Assembly (NCBI GenBank): GCA_051294375.1
Contig: CM119267.1
Coordinates: 10,663,045 to 10,727,044, forward strand
Direction: 5' to 3'
DNA length: 64,000 nucleotides
Source: Paraspadella gotoi
Taxonomy: Eukaryota > Animalia > Chaetognatha
Position numbers and translations under genes: made by a program. The number at the start of each line of letters is the position of its first letter. Position 1 is the first letter of the stretch. The notes below the pieces were generated by a model. It was not told where the DNA came from and searched no databases. It saw only the letters and a program-made list of their open reading frames with translations. Positions 1 to 10,697 of the stretch are shown piece after piece.

Positions 1-1813
1 CATTCGTAGCAACTCAATCGGCGTTGTTCCTGTCGCATGTAACGCTCGGTTTCGGGACACATATCCAAGCATGTCCCTTCAACAACTTTAGCGCTTTTAA
101 TATCGGTGTTCTTGGTGTGGCGGGCCCGTATAATCTTGTCACGTTCCTTCAACACTTCCCATTTTTCCGCGTTGGTCTTTGCGTAGACCGGAATACCGCC
201 TAACATTTGAGCCCTAAGTCGAGAAGGGACGATGGGTGGCGTGGATTCTCGGTATGGTTCCGGGGAAGGTTTTCGTATCTCGGCCGTCCTCAACCCTGCG
301 GGGAGAGGGAGGGGCTCTCGATAATCGCCGCCGCCCATGGCGATCAATTCGGAATTCACGTCAGCTTCCAACGCGGATTTTTGACGTGGGGGTTGAGGCT
401 TCTTAAAAAAAATAACCAGGTTGCGAGCGCGAGTGGTGTTCGGGTTCATGGTGCGTCCCAATTGCTTGGCGCGCGCGGCTTGCTCGTGATTCTCGAAGGT
501 GATCGTGGCTTGGAAAAGGCGCGTGTTGAGTCGAACATCCTTTACAACGCCGAATTTATCAAAGTGGCGCTTTAATGATACTTTAGTATCTGTTGGCTGC
601 AAGCCCTTAACGATGAGCGCGATGCTCTCCTCGAAAGTGCCTGAAGATCGGCGTCGTACGGAGGCGCCGCCGCCACGACCTCTTACGGGCGAGGTGTCGC
701 GCTCGATCTCCTCCTCGGGTGTTGGTTCTGTGGGCCGGGCGGGCAAATCGACGGGGGATGCGGATGTCGCGGCGGCGGCTCTCGTTGAGAAGGAACTGCC
801 CGCGGTAACTACAAAGGCCGGTTGTTCCATAAGAGATGGAACGGTAGAGATGGGTTTAAATGGATTTCCCGATTCCTCGCCATGTGTTTTGGCCATGACG
901 CCGAAAACGTTGGTGGAAGAAGAATTCTTGGAAGGAGCGAACACAGAACTTTTCCTTCCAAACACAGACGAAGACGTTGACATCGGGACTCCGAACAATG
1001 AAGGAATTGGCTGCGCCGTTGTCGTCGTCGTCGTCGTTTGCAACGGAGTCATTTCTACGGAAACCGTCGTTTGCGTGCTGTATATTGGCTGTTGAGGCGA
1101 TGATGATGATGGTTTAGTCGCGAACAGGAGTGATTGCCCTCCTTAAAAAAGGAAGAAATTATTAAGAAGAGACGAATTAAACTGATTAACAAGATTTTAA
1201 TACCAGGAAGCGATGTTTTCGAAAATTCGTCGGAAACTTGACCAGAAACAAAAGCGGAAGCGGAAGAGGCCCCGGAAAAACTTTGATTTCCTTCGCCGAA
1301 TCGAACCTTCGTTGAGGATTGACTAACGGCAAAGGGCGAAGAAACGGCAGAGGTTGTGGTACCGAATGCCGAGGACGATCCGTAGACTGGTTTGGAACTG
1401 TTCCCAGCTCCAAACACGGACGTCGTCAATGAGCTGACGCCGCCAAATACGGGCGCGCTCGGTGTAGTAGTTCCAAAGAGTGACGGCACGCCGGAGGTAG
1501 AGGCGGAGCCGAAGGACGGAGTGGATATGCCGAAGATAGACGCCGACGTGGTGGTGGTTGAAGCGCCGAAAACCTTTGACGTCGGCGATTTGGTGCCGAA
1601 GGGATTGACGGAACCGGAAGAGCTCTGAGCAAAAGTCGACGTTGACGACATAAAACCGGCGGTTGTACTAGAAACTGGAGCGGAACCAAAGACGGGATTT
1701 TCCAAAGCGGCGCCGAAAATGTTTTGACCCGAAAGGGATTTAGAAGATGCGCCGAAGACATTCTGACTGGTAGAAGTGTTTTGACCGAACACGTTGCTTG
1801 GAAACCGTGACAT
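1..1813 (-). CDS. MCM3AP: GANP/MCM3AP (Sac3/Xmas-2 family, TREX-2 scaffold), 5' part; runs off the window start
   Basis: Exon 1 (1813-1204) encodes an FG-repeat N-terminus (MSRFPSNVFGQ...). GT-AG intron at 1203-1142. Exon 2 reads ...NAEKWEVLKERDKIIRARA...VEGTCLDMCPETERYMRQEQRRLSCYE, the conserved start of the Sac3/GANP domain. Confidence 0.9.
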
Positions 1814-1821
1814 TCTTGATT

Positions 1822-1838
1822 CTGAGAAAGAAAATTTT
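1822..1838 (-). promoter_or_regulatory. Splice acceptor 8 nt upstream of the GANP ATG (outron or 5' UTR intron end)
   Basis: Minus strand aaattttctttctcAG|aatcaagaATG. Confidence 0.6.
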
Positions 1839-2718
1839 AAAAATGAGCATATATAGAAGGAAATGCAGTCTTCTCATGTCAAGAATCCAAAGCAATCGGA
1901 ATTATTTATGAATAGAATTTCATTAGCTGAATAGCCAAATGAAAAACTGTACTAGTATGTGCATTGTACATGTACAATGTACAATATCGCAACTTTGTTT
2001 TTCGTTAACATGCGAGCAGTAATTTTGCAGTCACAACGTAACACCATATGTCGAAAAGAATATCAAGAAAAAAACATAACTTTTAACAAATAACTTATAC
2101 AAAAACTTTTTGGCCTATTATCTTATTTAAGTATTAGAAATATGAAAAAAATAACAATTCATTTGAAAATAATCTCTTCCTTTGATCACACACCGACGGA
2201 GATAAAGTTGAAATCAGCCTCTTATCATTTCTAAATGGTTTTCAAATGAAGTTTAAACTGTCTGATCCTGACAGGGTAAAATACGCAAATTATTTGCGTT
2301 CAGAAACGAGACGCCGATCCGGTTGCAACCTGATTCTTTAGAGAAAATCTTCATTTTTTAAAAAGAATTCATCTTCATACTTCATTTTGTATTCTATGAT
2401 CTATCTCTTTTTTATCTTTGATACGCCGATCGAAATCTATTCATAAAAATTAACACAAAGTGCCTGACAATTCCATGCACCATTACTCAAAAATGTAATT
2501 CTTTGCCTTTAACTCAATATAAATCCAATTAGCTGTCTTTAAAAAAAAAAGGGTTTTTAAAATTTTAATTGAAGTAATGAAATATTTACTATACTTTTCT
2601 TTATTCACAAATTTACATAAGACACAATGGAAAATGGCCTCGCGTAACAGTTGCAGTCGTAAAAAAAATTCCCTGTTCAATTTTGTGATATTCGGTTAGA
2701 TTTTGTAGAACGTGTTTT

Positions 2719-2888
2719 CATATATTTATATAAAAAACTACATTTGCTTCATCTTTTTTCCCCATTTTTTATCCAGTTATCTTTTTTATGGTCAAGGGTT
2801 AACCCATATATTTATATAAAAAACTACATTGCTTCATCTTTTTTCCCCCATTTTTTATCCAGTTATCTTTTTTATGGTCAAGGGTTAA
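2719..2888. repeat. Near-perfect tandem duplication of an ~86-bp AT-rich unit
   Basis: catatatttatataaaaaactacatt(t)gcttcatc...ggtcaagggttaa occurs twice head-to-tail with only small indels. Confidence 0.9.
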
Positions 2889-4972
2889 AGTCAGATACAG
2901 TAGTACAAAATATACACAATATAATAACCAATTTAGGATAAACTTTAAATGAACAAAATCAGCAGGAGAACGTTTCGCCAAGTTATTTTTCATTGTGTCA
3001 TAAGAGAGAGTTCGTTCGAAGGTCGTTTACCTTTAAACAAGGAGAGATCTTTCCTAATTTTAAAAAATAGGCCGACAAGTTATCTAACAAAATTCGACCT
3101 CAAAATCCGAAGTTCGCCTCTCGGCCAATGTCAAGTTAATTTTTTTATCCTCTCGACGAGAGTCTCGTCCTTTAAATTTAAAAGCTTCGAAACGAAGAGA
3201 AAAAGATCCCTGGGAAGAGAAGAGAAATTGCAGAGGCTAAAATAAAACTACCTACAGAACGAAAGGGAGATCAGCCACTGGAAAAAATCGGTCAGTCGGT
3301 CGCGCAGGTGTTTTTTAAATGGTTTTAAAAAGCTGTGATAATTATAACAAGAAAATTTACTTTACTTCAACTTGTTTTTGTATTAATTTTATAATAAGTT
3401 TAAAACATCAATTTTTAATTAAGCTATTATCAAACATTTTTTCTCATTAAAACCAGATAAGGGAGAAACCGCTTATGATTCAAAGTCCACGAGGGACACA
3501 AAAAACCTCCACCCGAAAAGATTTCGGTATAAAAAGGGAAAGAAATACTCGACTCTTGCACTTTCGTCCCAAAGAAATTCTTTCTCGAATCGTTTTAGAA
3601 ACCAAAGGGGTATTAAATAAAAGAAATCCGCTCGTCATTATTAGTCAATAGACTCGTTTGAAATCTCGGAAAGTGTGTTTGTCAACACGAAACATTTGGA
3701 CCACAAAAAAATAGCTGGTACGCCGACACAATAACCCTTTTCCTACTCGGCTGGTTCCTCGCGATGAATCCGGGTCGACACAACCCTGCCTGAGGCTGAT
3801 TCAATATTCTCCCTTCGTTTCGACGCGGTTTCATCATCCAAAATTCATTCACCTTGTCTTAGCACTCGATTAAACCCCGAAACGCAAAACACACGAACTC
3901 GAGAAGGGGGAAAAAACTTTGCGAAAAGATGGATTACGCGATGTTCGACATGATTTGTGCCAAAGACTGCGACGAAAGGGAAAAAAGCCGAAATTCGGAA
4001 TCGAACTTCTTTCCAAAAGTTCAGTTTTGCGCGAATTCAGGTGATTTGGAATGGGAAAACTTTTTTTATTTGGATAATTTTTTCGCAAAAATGTGAGTAA
4101 AAAAAATAATTTAAGTCAAATCAATAAAATATACTATAGAAAAAGATCAATTGTGAGTAACTCAGTAAGGTTATCTCCGAGGTTTGACGAATTTCACAAA
4201 TTGATTTCCTCAGAAATTATGAGTTCCGAATGGAGCATTATGCGGGCGGCCAAATCCGTTCTCTTCGACCTCTCGCCACTCGTCCGAGCGGCGGCCAAGT
4301 GCGTCGATGTCGAGACGCGGCCCGTGACTGCCGCTGGCCACGAACTTTCTTATGGAACGGAAGATGTCGCGGAAAACCGAGAAAAAAACGACAGTTTGAC
4401 GCAGCGGGAATTCTGTCTACTCACTCATAATTGCGGCTGAAAAACATTTTACGCGTTCTCTCTGTAATTTTAAAGACATTTGCAATATTTACGCTGATGC
4501 TGGACACGATTTCGTGCTTGCACGCATTACACTCGCTGGTCGATGTATAACTTTCTCTTCTCAACTTTTTATTTTTGATACATGCATTTGTACATTTTTA
4601 TATAACTGTAATAATAAGTTACTTTAAAAATGATTCTGCGTTAGTAAAAGTTTCTTTAATTGCGCTGAGTGATGTATTGCTTTTACCAACTTTTTAATAA
4701 GTTTTTGAGGTTGGTTCAAACAGCTGCTCTTCCAGAAAATGAATTTGAAGTACTAAAAATGTTTCGATCTGATGACGAAACACTCAAAGTACAAAAATCG
4801 TTACGCAATACGAAACATACCCGTTTCAGGCCGTCTCCAAAATATCCAAGGCGATTTATTCAAACACTAGATAGATGAAAAGATAACAAAAAGTTACAAC
4901 TAATGACAAAAGCTTCTCATGCGAGTCATCTAAAAGAGAGATCGAAAAGTTAGTTTGTTCGTTGATGATTCT

Positions 4973-5362
4973 TCAGTGACTCTCGCCGAAGAGCGCCTTT
5001 CCTCGATGATGAAAAGAGTAAAATGAAGGGTTATTCCAAACAGTCTCGAACGATTGTTTTTCCAATTCCGCCGTCACTCGAATCTCTTTCAACTCGCCCG
5101 CGACGTTGATGACGCCGAAAGCGACCACACCGAGCGCCACTAGGCACTGAAAATGATGTTGAGAACAAAACAGTAGAACCAACCCAGGAAAAACGCGTTT
5201 TCACAAAGGGACTCTAACCTGAATTGCGATGTCGAGAGGCAACGCAAAGAATTCCGTTTTGGTGAGGCGCAAATAGGTTCGGTGTTGCGCCGCTGAATAA
5301 GCGGCGTGAAGAATGAATAAGAGTCCGATTCCTACGAACACTTTGTGAATAGGATTCGCCAT
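4973..5362 (-). CDS. MMGT1: ER membrane protein complex subunit 5 / membrane magnesium transporter 1, 2 exons, 105 aa
   Basis: Exon 1 (5362-5219): MANPIHKVFVGIGLLFILHAAYSAAQHRTYLRLTKTEFFALPLDIAIQ. Intron 5218-5147 (GT..AG). Exon 2 (5146-4973): CLVALGVVAFGVINVAGELKEI...NNPSFYSFHHRGKALF. Matches the EMC5 motifs HAAxSAAQHR, LPxDI and PSFYxFxHRG. Confidence 0.93.
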
Positions 5363-5528
5363 AGCGTTAATTCTACTTAGCCATTGACTACAGAATAAAA
5401 GGCCGTGTAAATTAAAAACAGTAATTAAAAGTGCAATATAATTTAGACGTAATTGTAAAATATAATATTGAAGTCTGGACGGAATGAGTTCGGTTCATTT
5501 TATCAAATACAAGAAAAGCACTTTTGGT

Positions 5529-8240
5529 TTATGTTTTGTCTCTGGTGGCCGCCTTAATTCTGGCTCTGGCTTTGATAAATGCCATGATGTCGGCGTCGGC
5601 CTTGGAGTCACCCGTGAGCGGAATGTCAAAAACGGCGAGAGAATTTTTCGGAGCGGCGAGGGATTGACTAGAAGAAAGTGAATTTGAGTCACATGTCGAA
5701 GCGCTTTTGCTCGACAAAGTGGAAGGCAAGGCAGTAGGAATATCTGTTTTTGGCAAAGAGGCGGAGGGAGACGTAGAAACGCCGGATGACGAAGGAGAGC
5801 CATCGGCTGCCGCCCGCGATTTGGCAGGCGCCGAAACCACGGATGGCGCGCTGCGATTCTCCAAGGGTTGCAATTGATGCTTGACAGGTCTATTGGGAAG
5901 CGATCGAGTGCTGTGACTGGTTGGGGGAACATCGAGAACCTCGTTACCGAAGGACGGATCATCGTAATCAACGGAAGACGGCAAAGGCGGAGGAGCGGTT
6001 GACGCTTGGACGGGAGTCAGTGAGCGGGTTTTGGTTCGTCCCTTCGATGGTATGGCGCCGTGGTACCCATTCGACGCCGTTACCGAGGGCTTTTGTCTCA
6101 CGGTGGCGTCGTCCACCGGGTTCATCCAAGCACCGGATGAGTTCAAGACAGCCTTCTGTCGCTCGGCACTCTTGACTTGGTCGCCCCACCAAGTTTCGAA
6201 ATCCTTCTGTAGCTTAACGCGAGCTTTCTCCAGTACGTGCTGCTGGTGTTCGATCTCCGCCTTCAACTCTTTCAACTGGGCGAAGGCGAATCGGTAGTTT
6301 CGCTTTTCGTTTTCCACCTTATCGCGAATGAGAGTCTCCGTCTCGTCGGGATCCTCTTCCATCTTCGCGCCTGACATGGCCAGGCTGACACGATAATGTT
6401 CGATCTGAGCCTTAAGTCGGTTGATCGTTTCCCGGCTGGCGTTCACCTTTTCGCCGAGTTCCTTGGCCGACCGAAAGTTGGCCTTAAGCTTTTCTTTATG
6501 AGCAGCGATGACGCCATTGTCAGCATAGTCACGCTTGAACATCTCGAAGGCCTGCTGCCGCCCAACGGAAAGATCGCCGAGAATACGTCTGTTTCCGCCG
6601 ACGAGGGAAGCTTCCTTGTCGTCTGAAGCCACACTGTCCGGACGGGCGAGCGGGCGCGAGAGATCCACCGGAAATCCGTTGTGTTGCTTTTCCTTTTCCC
6701 TCTTCAACATATTCACTAAAATGGTGATCTCGTTGTCTCGCTGAAGAAGCAGATCTTGAAGTCGCTTGAAATGTTCCTCCGAGACAATTGGGCTCTTAAT
6801 CGACGTGTTGGAATCATTCAATCGATTGGCGTTTCGCGTGACAGACACCGAGCTGGAAGTTTCGATTCGGTCTGCGTAGGAGTCCTTCTTGTAGCGTCGA
6901 TCTTTGTCTTCGTCGCCACCGCCTCTTTCTCCTTTGGTAGATAGCATCCGCTTTAAAATTTTGAAGCACTCGTTGATCTTCCGCATGTCGGCGCCGACAT
7001 TGATGACTGCTTCAGTATCAGAGTCCTCAACAAAGGCCCTTACCATCGCCAGGCAACGCTCCTTTTCGTATTCCTCGAGCGGCTCGTCACTTTGTTTCCC
7101 GCCAGTCGCCAAGTGCAACTGGTTTTTTAACTCTTCCGTTTCCCGCTTTAATTTTGCGATGATGAGTTTAGGGTCCAACTCTTCGTTGAGGGTCACGTCG
7201 TTTTTGATCATCGCCACGCGTTGTGAGAACCTAACTGTGGAGATTGATTCGTCGACGCTAGCTTTTTCGACGGAACAGGTGGCCACCATGGTGGTCATGC
7301 AATTGCCGCCGAGAGAATCCTTTAAGACGTTAGTCATCATCGAGTTTCGATAAGGGACGTGGCTTTTATTTTCGCTTAAAGAAATAATAACTAGCTCCAG
7401 CATATGAAGGGAAGCGTTGATGTATTTTGCCTCGTCGAGTAGTTTGCCGTTGACGTTGGTCTTAGCGACTCGCTCGCTGCCGGCGAGATCGACGAGATGC
7501 ATCTTTGCTCGGCGAATGGTGGCAGCGCCGTGCTCGCGCGCAGTCACGTGGATCGTAAATATACAGTGCGATCGCGTCGACGCTTGATTCATTGGCGTTT
7601 CCGCGATCATGCGGTTCGTGTCGCCCAGGAAAAGGAGATTTAGTGCCTCCTCCTCGGTGTTGGCCAAATGCATAGAGAGGTTTTTCAGGTGCACGTTGTG
7701 ATCAGTGTCTTCCATCAGAGTCACTTTCGGCAGATCCTCCAGCTTGGAAATTTCGTGACGAGGATCTAAAAGATCATAGCCATGATTGTTGTATATCTCC
7801 AGATAGGAAACGTGCAACGTGAAGAGGTAACCCGTTCTCTTCTCGAACTCTTGGAAAATGTGTGAGATTGACCGGGGAATGATCCCTCGGTCGGCGTACT
7901 TCTCCGGACCACCGGTTATGGTGAAGGTTTTTCCCGAGCCAGTTTGTCCGTATGCGAAGATGGTCCCGTTGTAGCCGGAGAGGACGTTTTCGATGACGGG
8001 CTTTGCGACAACGTCGAAGATCTCCTCCTGTTTGGCCTCCACGTCGAAGACGCACTGAAATCGACCTTTGTAGCTTTCTTTGGAGTTGTTAACATAACCG
8101 CTGACGGCCGAGTCCTTCGGCAGCAGAAAGTGAAGCTCGTCGCCGCCATTCTCGCTTTTCTCGATATCGTAGTGACCGACTGGTTGTTTCCGGCGAGGCG
8201 GCTTCACGCGACAAAAAATCTGAATGGTCGCTTTCACCAT
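5529..8240 (-). CDS. KIF6: Kinesin-9 family motor KIF6, single exon, 903 aa
   Basis: N-terminus MVKATIQIFCRVKP; P-loop GQTGSGKT; NQASTRSH; DLAGSER; KIF6-type C-terminal motif IPLTGDSKADADIMAFIKAR. Confidence 0.93.
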   Translation of the reverse strand: MVKATIQIFCRVKPPRRKQPVGHYDIEKSENGGDELHFLLPKDSAVSGYVNNSKESYKGRFQCVFDVEAKQEEIFDVVAKPVIENVLSGYNGTIFAYGQTGSGKTFTITGGPEKYADRGIIPRSISHIFQEFEKRTGYLFTLHVSYLEIYNNHGYDLLDPRHEISKLEDLPKVTLMEDTDHNVHLKNLSMHLANTEEEALNLLFLGDTNRMIAETPMNQASTRSHCIFTIHVTAREHGAATIRRAKMHLVDLAGSERVAKTNVNGKLLDEAKYINASLHMLELVIISLSENKSHVPYRNSMMTNVLKDSLGGNCMTTMVATCSVEKASVDESISTVRFSQRVAMIKNDVTLNEELDPKLIIAKLKRETEELKNQLHLATGGKQSDEPLEEYEKERCLAMVRAFVEDSDTEAVINVGADMRKINECFKILKRMLSTKGERGGGDEDKDRRYKKDSYADRIETSSSVSVTRNANRLNDSNTSIKSPIVSEEHFKRLQDLLLQRDNEITILVNMLKREKEKQHNGFPVDLSRPLARPDSVASDDKEASLVGGNRRILGDLSVGRQQAFEMFKRDYADNGVIAAHKEKLKANFRSAKELGEKVNASRETINRLKAQIEHYRVSLAMSGAKMEEDPDETETLIRDKVENEKRNYRFAFAQLKELKAEIEHQQHVLEKARVKLQKDFETWWGDQVKSAERQKAVLNSSGAWMNPVDDATVRQKPSVTASNGYHGAIPSKGRTKTRSLTPVQASTAPPPLPSSVDYDDPSFGNEVLDVPPTSHSTRSLPNRPVKHQLQPLENRSAPSVVSAPAKSRAAADGSPSSSGVSTSPSASLPKTDIPTALPSTLSSKSASTCDSNSLSSSQSLAAPKNSLAVFDIPLTGDSKADADIMAFIKARARIKAATRDKT

Positions 8241-8525
8241 AGTTTACAATTTAAAAACACTTGAAAAATACTATGCATTAATCGATTTGTTAGTTAAAGG
8301 TTTAGCACGCATTTTCAAAAGACCACCTATTCAGCTGAGTAAAGTTCTACTTGCTATAAAATAAAAACAAAATAAAAATAATGAATACAATAATAAATTT
8401 TAAAGTTAGAAATTTAATACGTATCAAGAAAAGAACAAATAAGAGTCACTTTTAAATCAGAAACATTTAAATATTAATTCTACATATAAACTAAGTGAAT
8501 TATTTTTCGGAAAGAAAATACCATA

Positions 8526-10364
8526 TCACAAAGGAATGTTGCCGTGCTTTTTCCAAGGATTTTCAAGTTTTTTGGTCGCCAAAATCTCGAGGTCGTTGCA
8601 AAGTCGAACCCTCGTAGTGGAAGGTTCTATAATATCGTCCACGAAGCCTCTGACGGCCGCTGGCATCGGGTTGGCGAACTTTCTAACGTAATCTGCCTCC
8701 GCGGCTTGGACGTCTTTTCCCCTAAAAATGATGGAAACAGCGCCCTTTGCGCCCATGACGGCGACTTCAGCCGATGGCCAACAATAATTGACGTCGCCCC
8801 TGAGATGCTTGGAGCTCATGACGTCGTAGGCCCCACCGTAAGCTTTTCGAGTGATGACTGTTAATTTGGGGACGGTGGCTTCGGCGTAAGCGTAAAGCAG
8901 CTTGGCTCCGTGCTTGATAATTCCGCCGTACTCTTGACCCACGCCAGGGAGGAAACCCGGCACGTCGACGAAAGTGACGATGGGTACGTTAAAAGCATCG
9001 CAAAATCGGACGAAACGGGCGCCTTTGATGGAGGCGTTGATGTCGAGACAACCAGCGGCCGACTTCGGGTTGTTACCCACCACTCCCACCGAGCGACCGT
9101 TGAGACGGGCGAAGCCGACAACGAGGTTTTTAGCATAGTCGGGCGCGATCTCGAAAAACTCCCGCTCGTCCACGACGTCGAGAATGACGTCCTTAATGTC
9201 GTAAGCGGAGGTTGTCTCCAAAGGAACGACTGTGTTGAGTCCGGGACAAATTCGATGGGGTGAATCGAAGCAAGCCCTCACAGGTGACGCTTCCTTATTG
9301 CTGAGAGGCAGAAAGTTAAAGAGATTGCGAATGTTAAGTAAAGCCTCGATGTCGTTCTCAAAGGCGCCGGAAGCGACGCCGGAGGTGGAAGTGTGAGTCT
9401 TAGCGCCGCCCAGTTCCTCCTGAGTGACCTCCTCCCCCGTAACAGATTTGACGACATCGGGTCCGGTGATGAACATGAAAGAAGTTTGTCGCACCATGAA
9501 AATGAAGTCGGTGATCGCGGGAGAATAAACGGCGCCGCCAGCGCACGGGCCCATGATCACGGAAATCTGCGGCACCACGCCCGATGACAAAACATTTCGA
9601 AGAAAAATGTCCGCGTAGCCTGTAAAAAAAAATTACCTTAAATTTCAAAACGAACATCGTGAGCTGAAAAAAAAACTTACCTGCCAAAGATTCAACCCCC
9701 TCCTGAATCCTTGCTCCTCCCGAATCATTGAGCCCGATGACTGGAGCGCCGACCATGACGGCCTTGTCCATGATCTTGCAGATCTTTTTGGCGTGGGCGG
9801 AGGACAAGCTTCCGCCGAAAACGGTAAAGTCTTGACTAAATACAAAGCAATTCCGTCCGTTGATGTGGCCGTGGCCTGTGATGACTCCGTCGCCGTAATA
9901 TTTTTCCTTTTCCATCCCGAAGTCAGTGCAGCGGTGTTCGGAAAACATGTCATACTCGACAAAAGTACCTTTTAAAAATTATAAATCGGACTATGTACAG
10001 ACGATAAAATAAGAGGTCAGCGAGAGGATGTAGAGTTTGAACCATAATAAAGAAAGGTAAATTTCAGATTACTTATTCAAGGTTACCTTGCAAGAAAAGG
10101 TAACTTACCTTCGTCCAAAAGCAGCTCTATTCTTTCCCTCGCTGTGAGTTTTCCCTTTTTATGCTGCGTGGCGATGCGCTTCTCTCCGCCTCCCAATAAC
10201 GCGACTTTACGTACATCTTGAATGTGTTGCTGAACTTCGAGCGAGTGTGTGGCGCTTCCTGCCTCCGTAGCGAAAGACGCCGGAAAAATGGCCGGCGCAA
10301 TTCTACGGGCGCTGCTAAGCCACACAGACCTCAAGACGCCGGTTGAGACGCGGATCAACGCCAT
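8526..10364 (-). CDS. PCCB: Propionyl-CoA carboxylase beta chain, mitochondrial, 3 exons (10364-10109, 9968-9681, 9619-8526)
   Basis: Mitochondrial presequence-like N-terminus; [22 protein letters not shown]; [15 protein letters not shown]; [15 protein letters not shown]; C-terminal [13 protein letters not shown] introns keep the frame. Confidence 0.96.
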
Positions 10365-10697
10365 CTTTAGATGGGTCTAGGGAGCTTTAAAGAAAAAAGA
10401 CTGTAAAAAGTAAATTCTGACTAAAGTAAATATACGATATCCCCTATCACATAGATAATTCATAGATAATTTACAAACGCTTCCAAAAAAAGAATGAAAA
10501 TTCACAATTCCGAGAGAGAAAAGAAAAAAATACCATAAAACTTGTAGCGAGGCATACGTAGAGTGAAAGAGAAAAAAAATTATAAATGAAAAATGCGAGT
10601 CAATTTGACGGTACAGATGCTAATCTGAGTCTTCTTAAATCTTTTTCATAATTTTGTTGTGATGAGCTCTTGCGTTACGTGGTTAATCCCCCATCTG

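Noticed and set aside
4093-4440. 115-aa plus-strand ORF and an open minus-strand frame over the GC-rich patch
   Set aside because: Non-ATG start, no recognisable homology and no coherent exon chain; kept only as an unexplained region.
4765-4785. CTGATGAcGAAA motif resembling a hammerhead core
   Set aside because: Only one base separates CTGATGA and GAAA, so stem II cannot form.
5529-8240. Intronless KIF6, and likewise BICD and MED6, as processed pseudogenes
   Set aside because: The ORFs are intact and full length, have no poly(A) tail or TSD, and sit within the co-oriented cluster.
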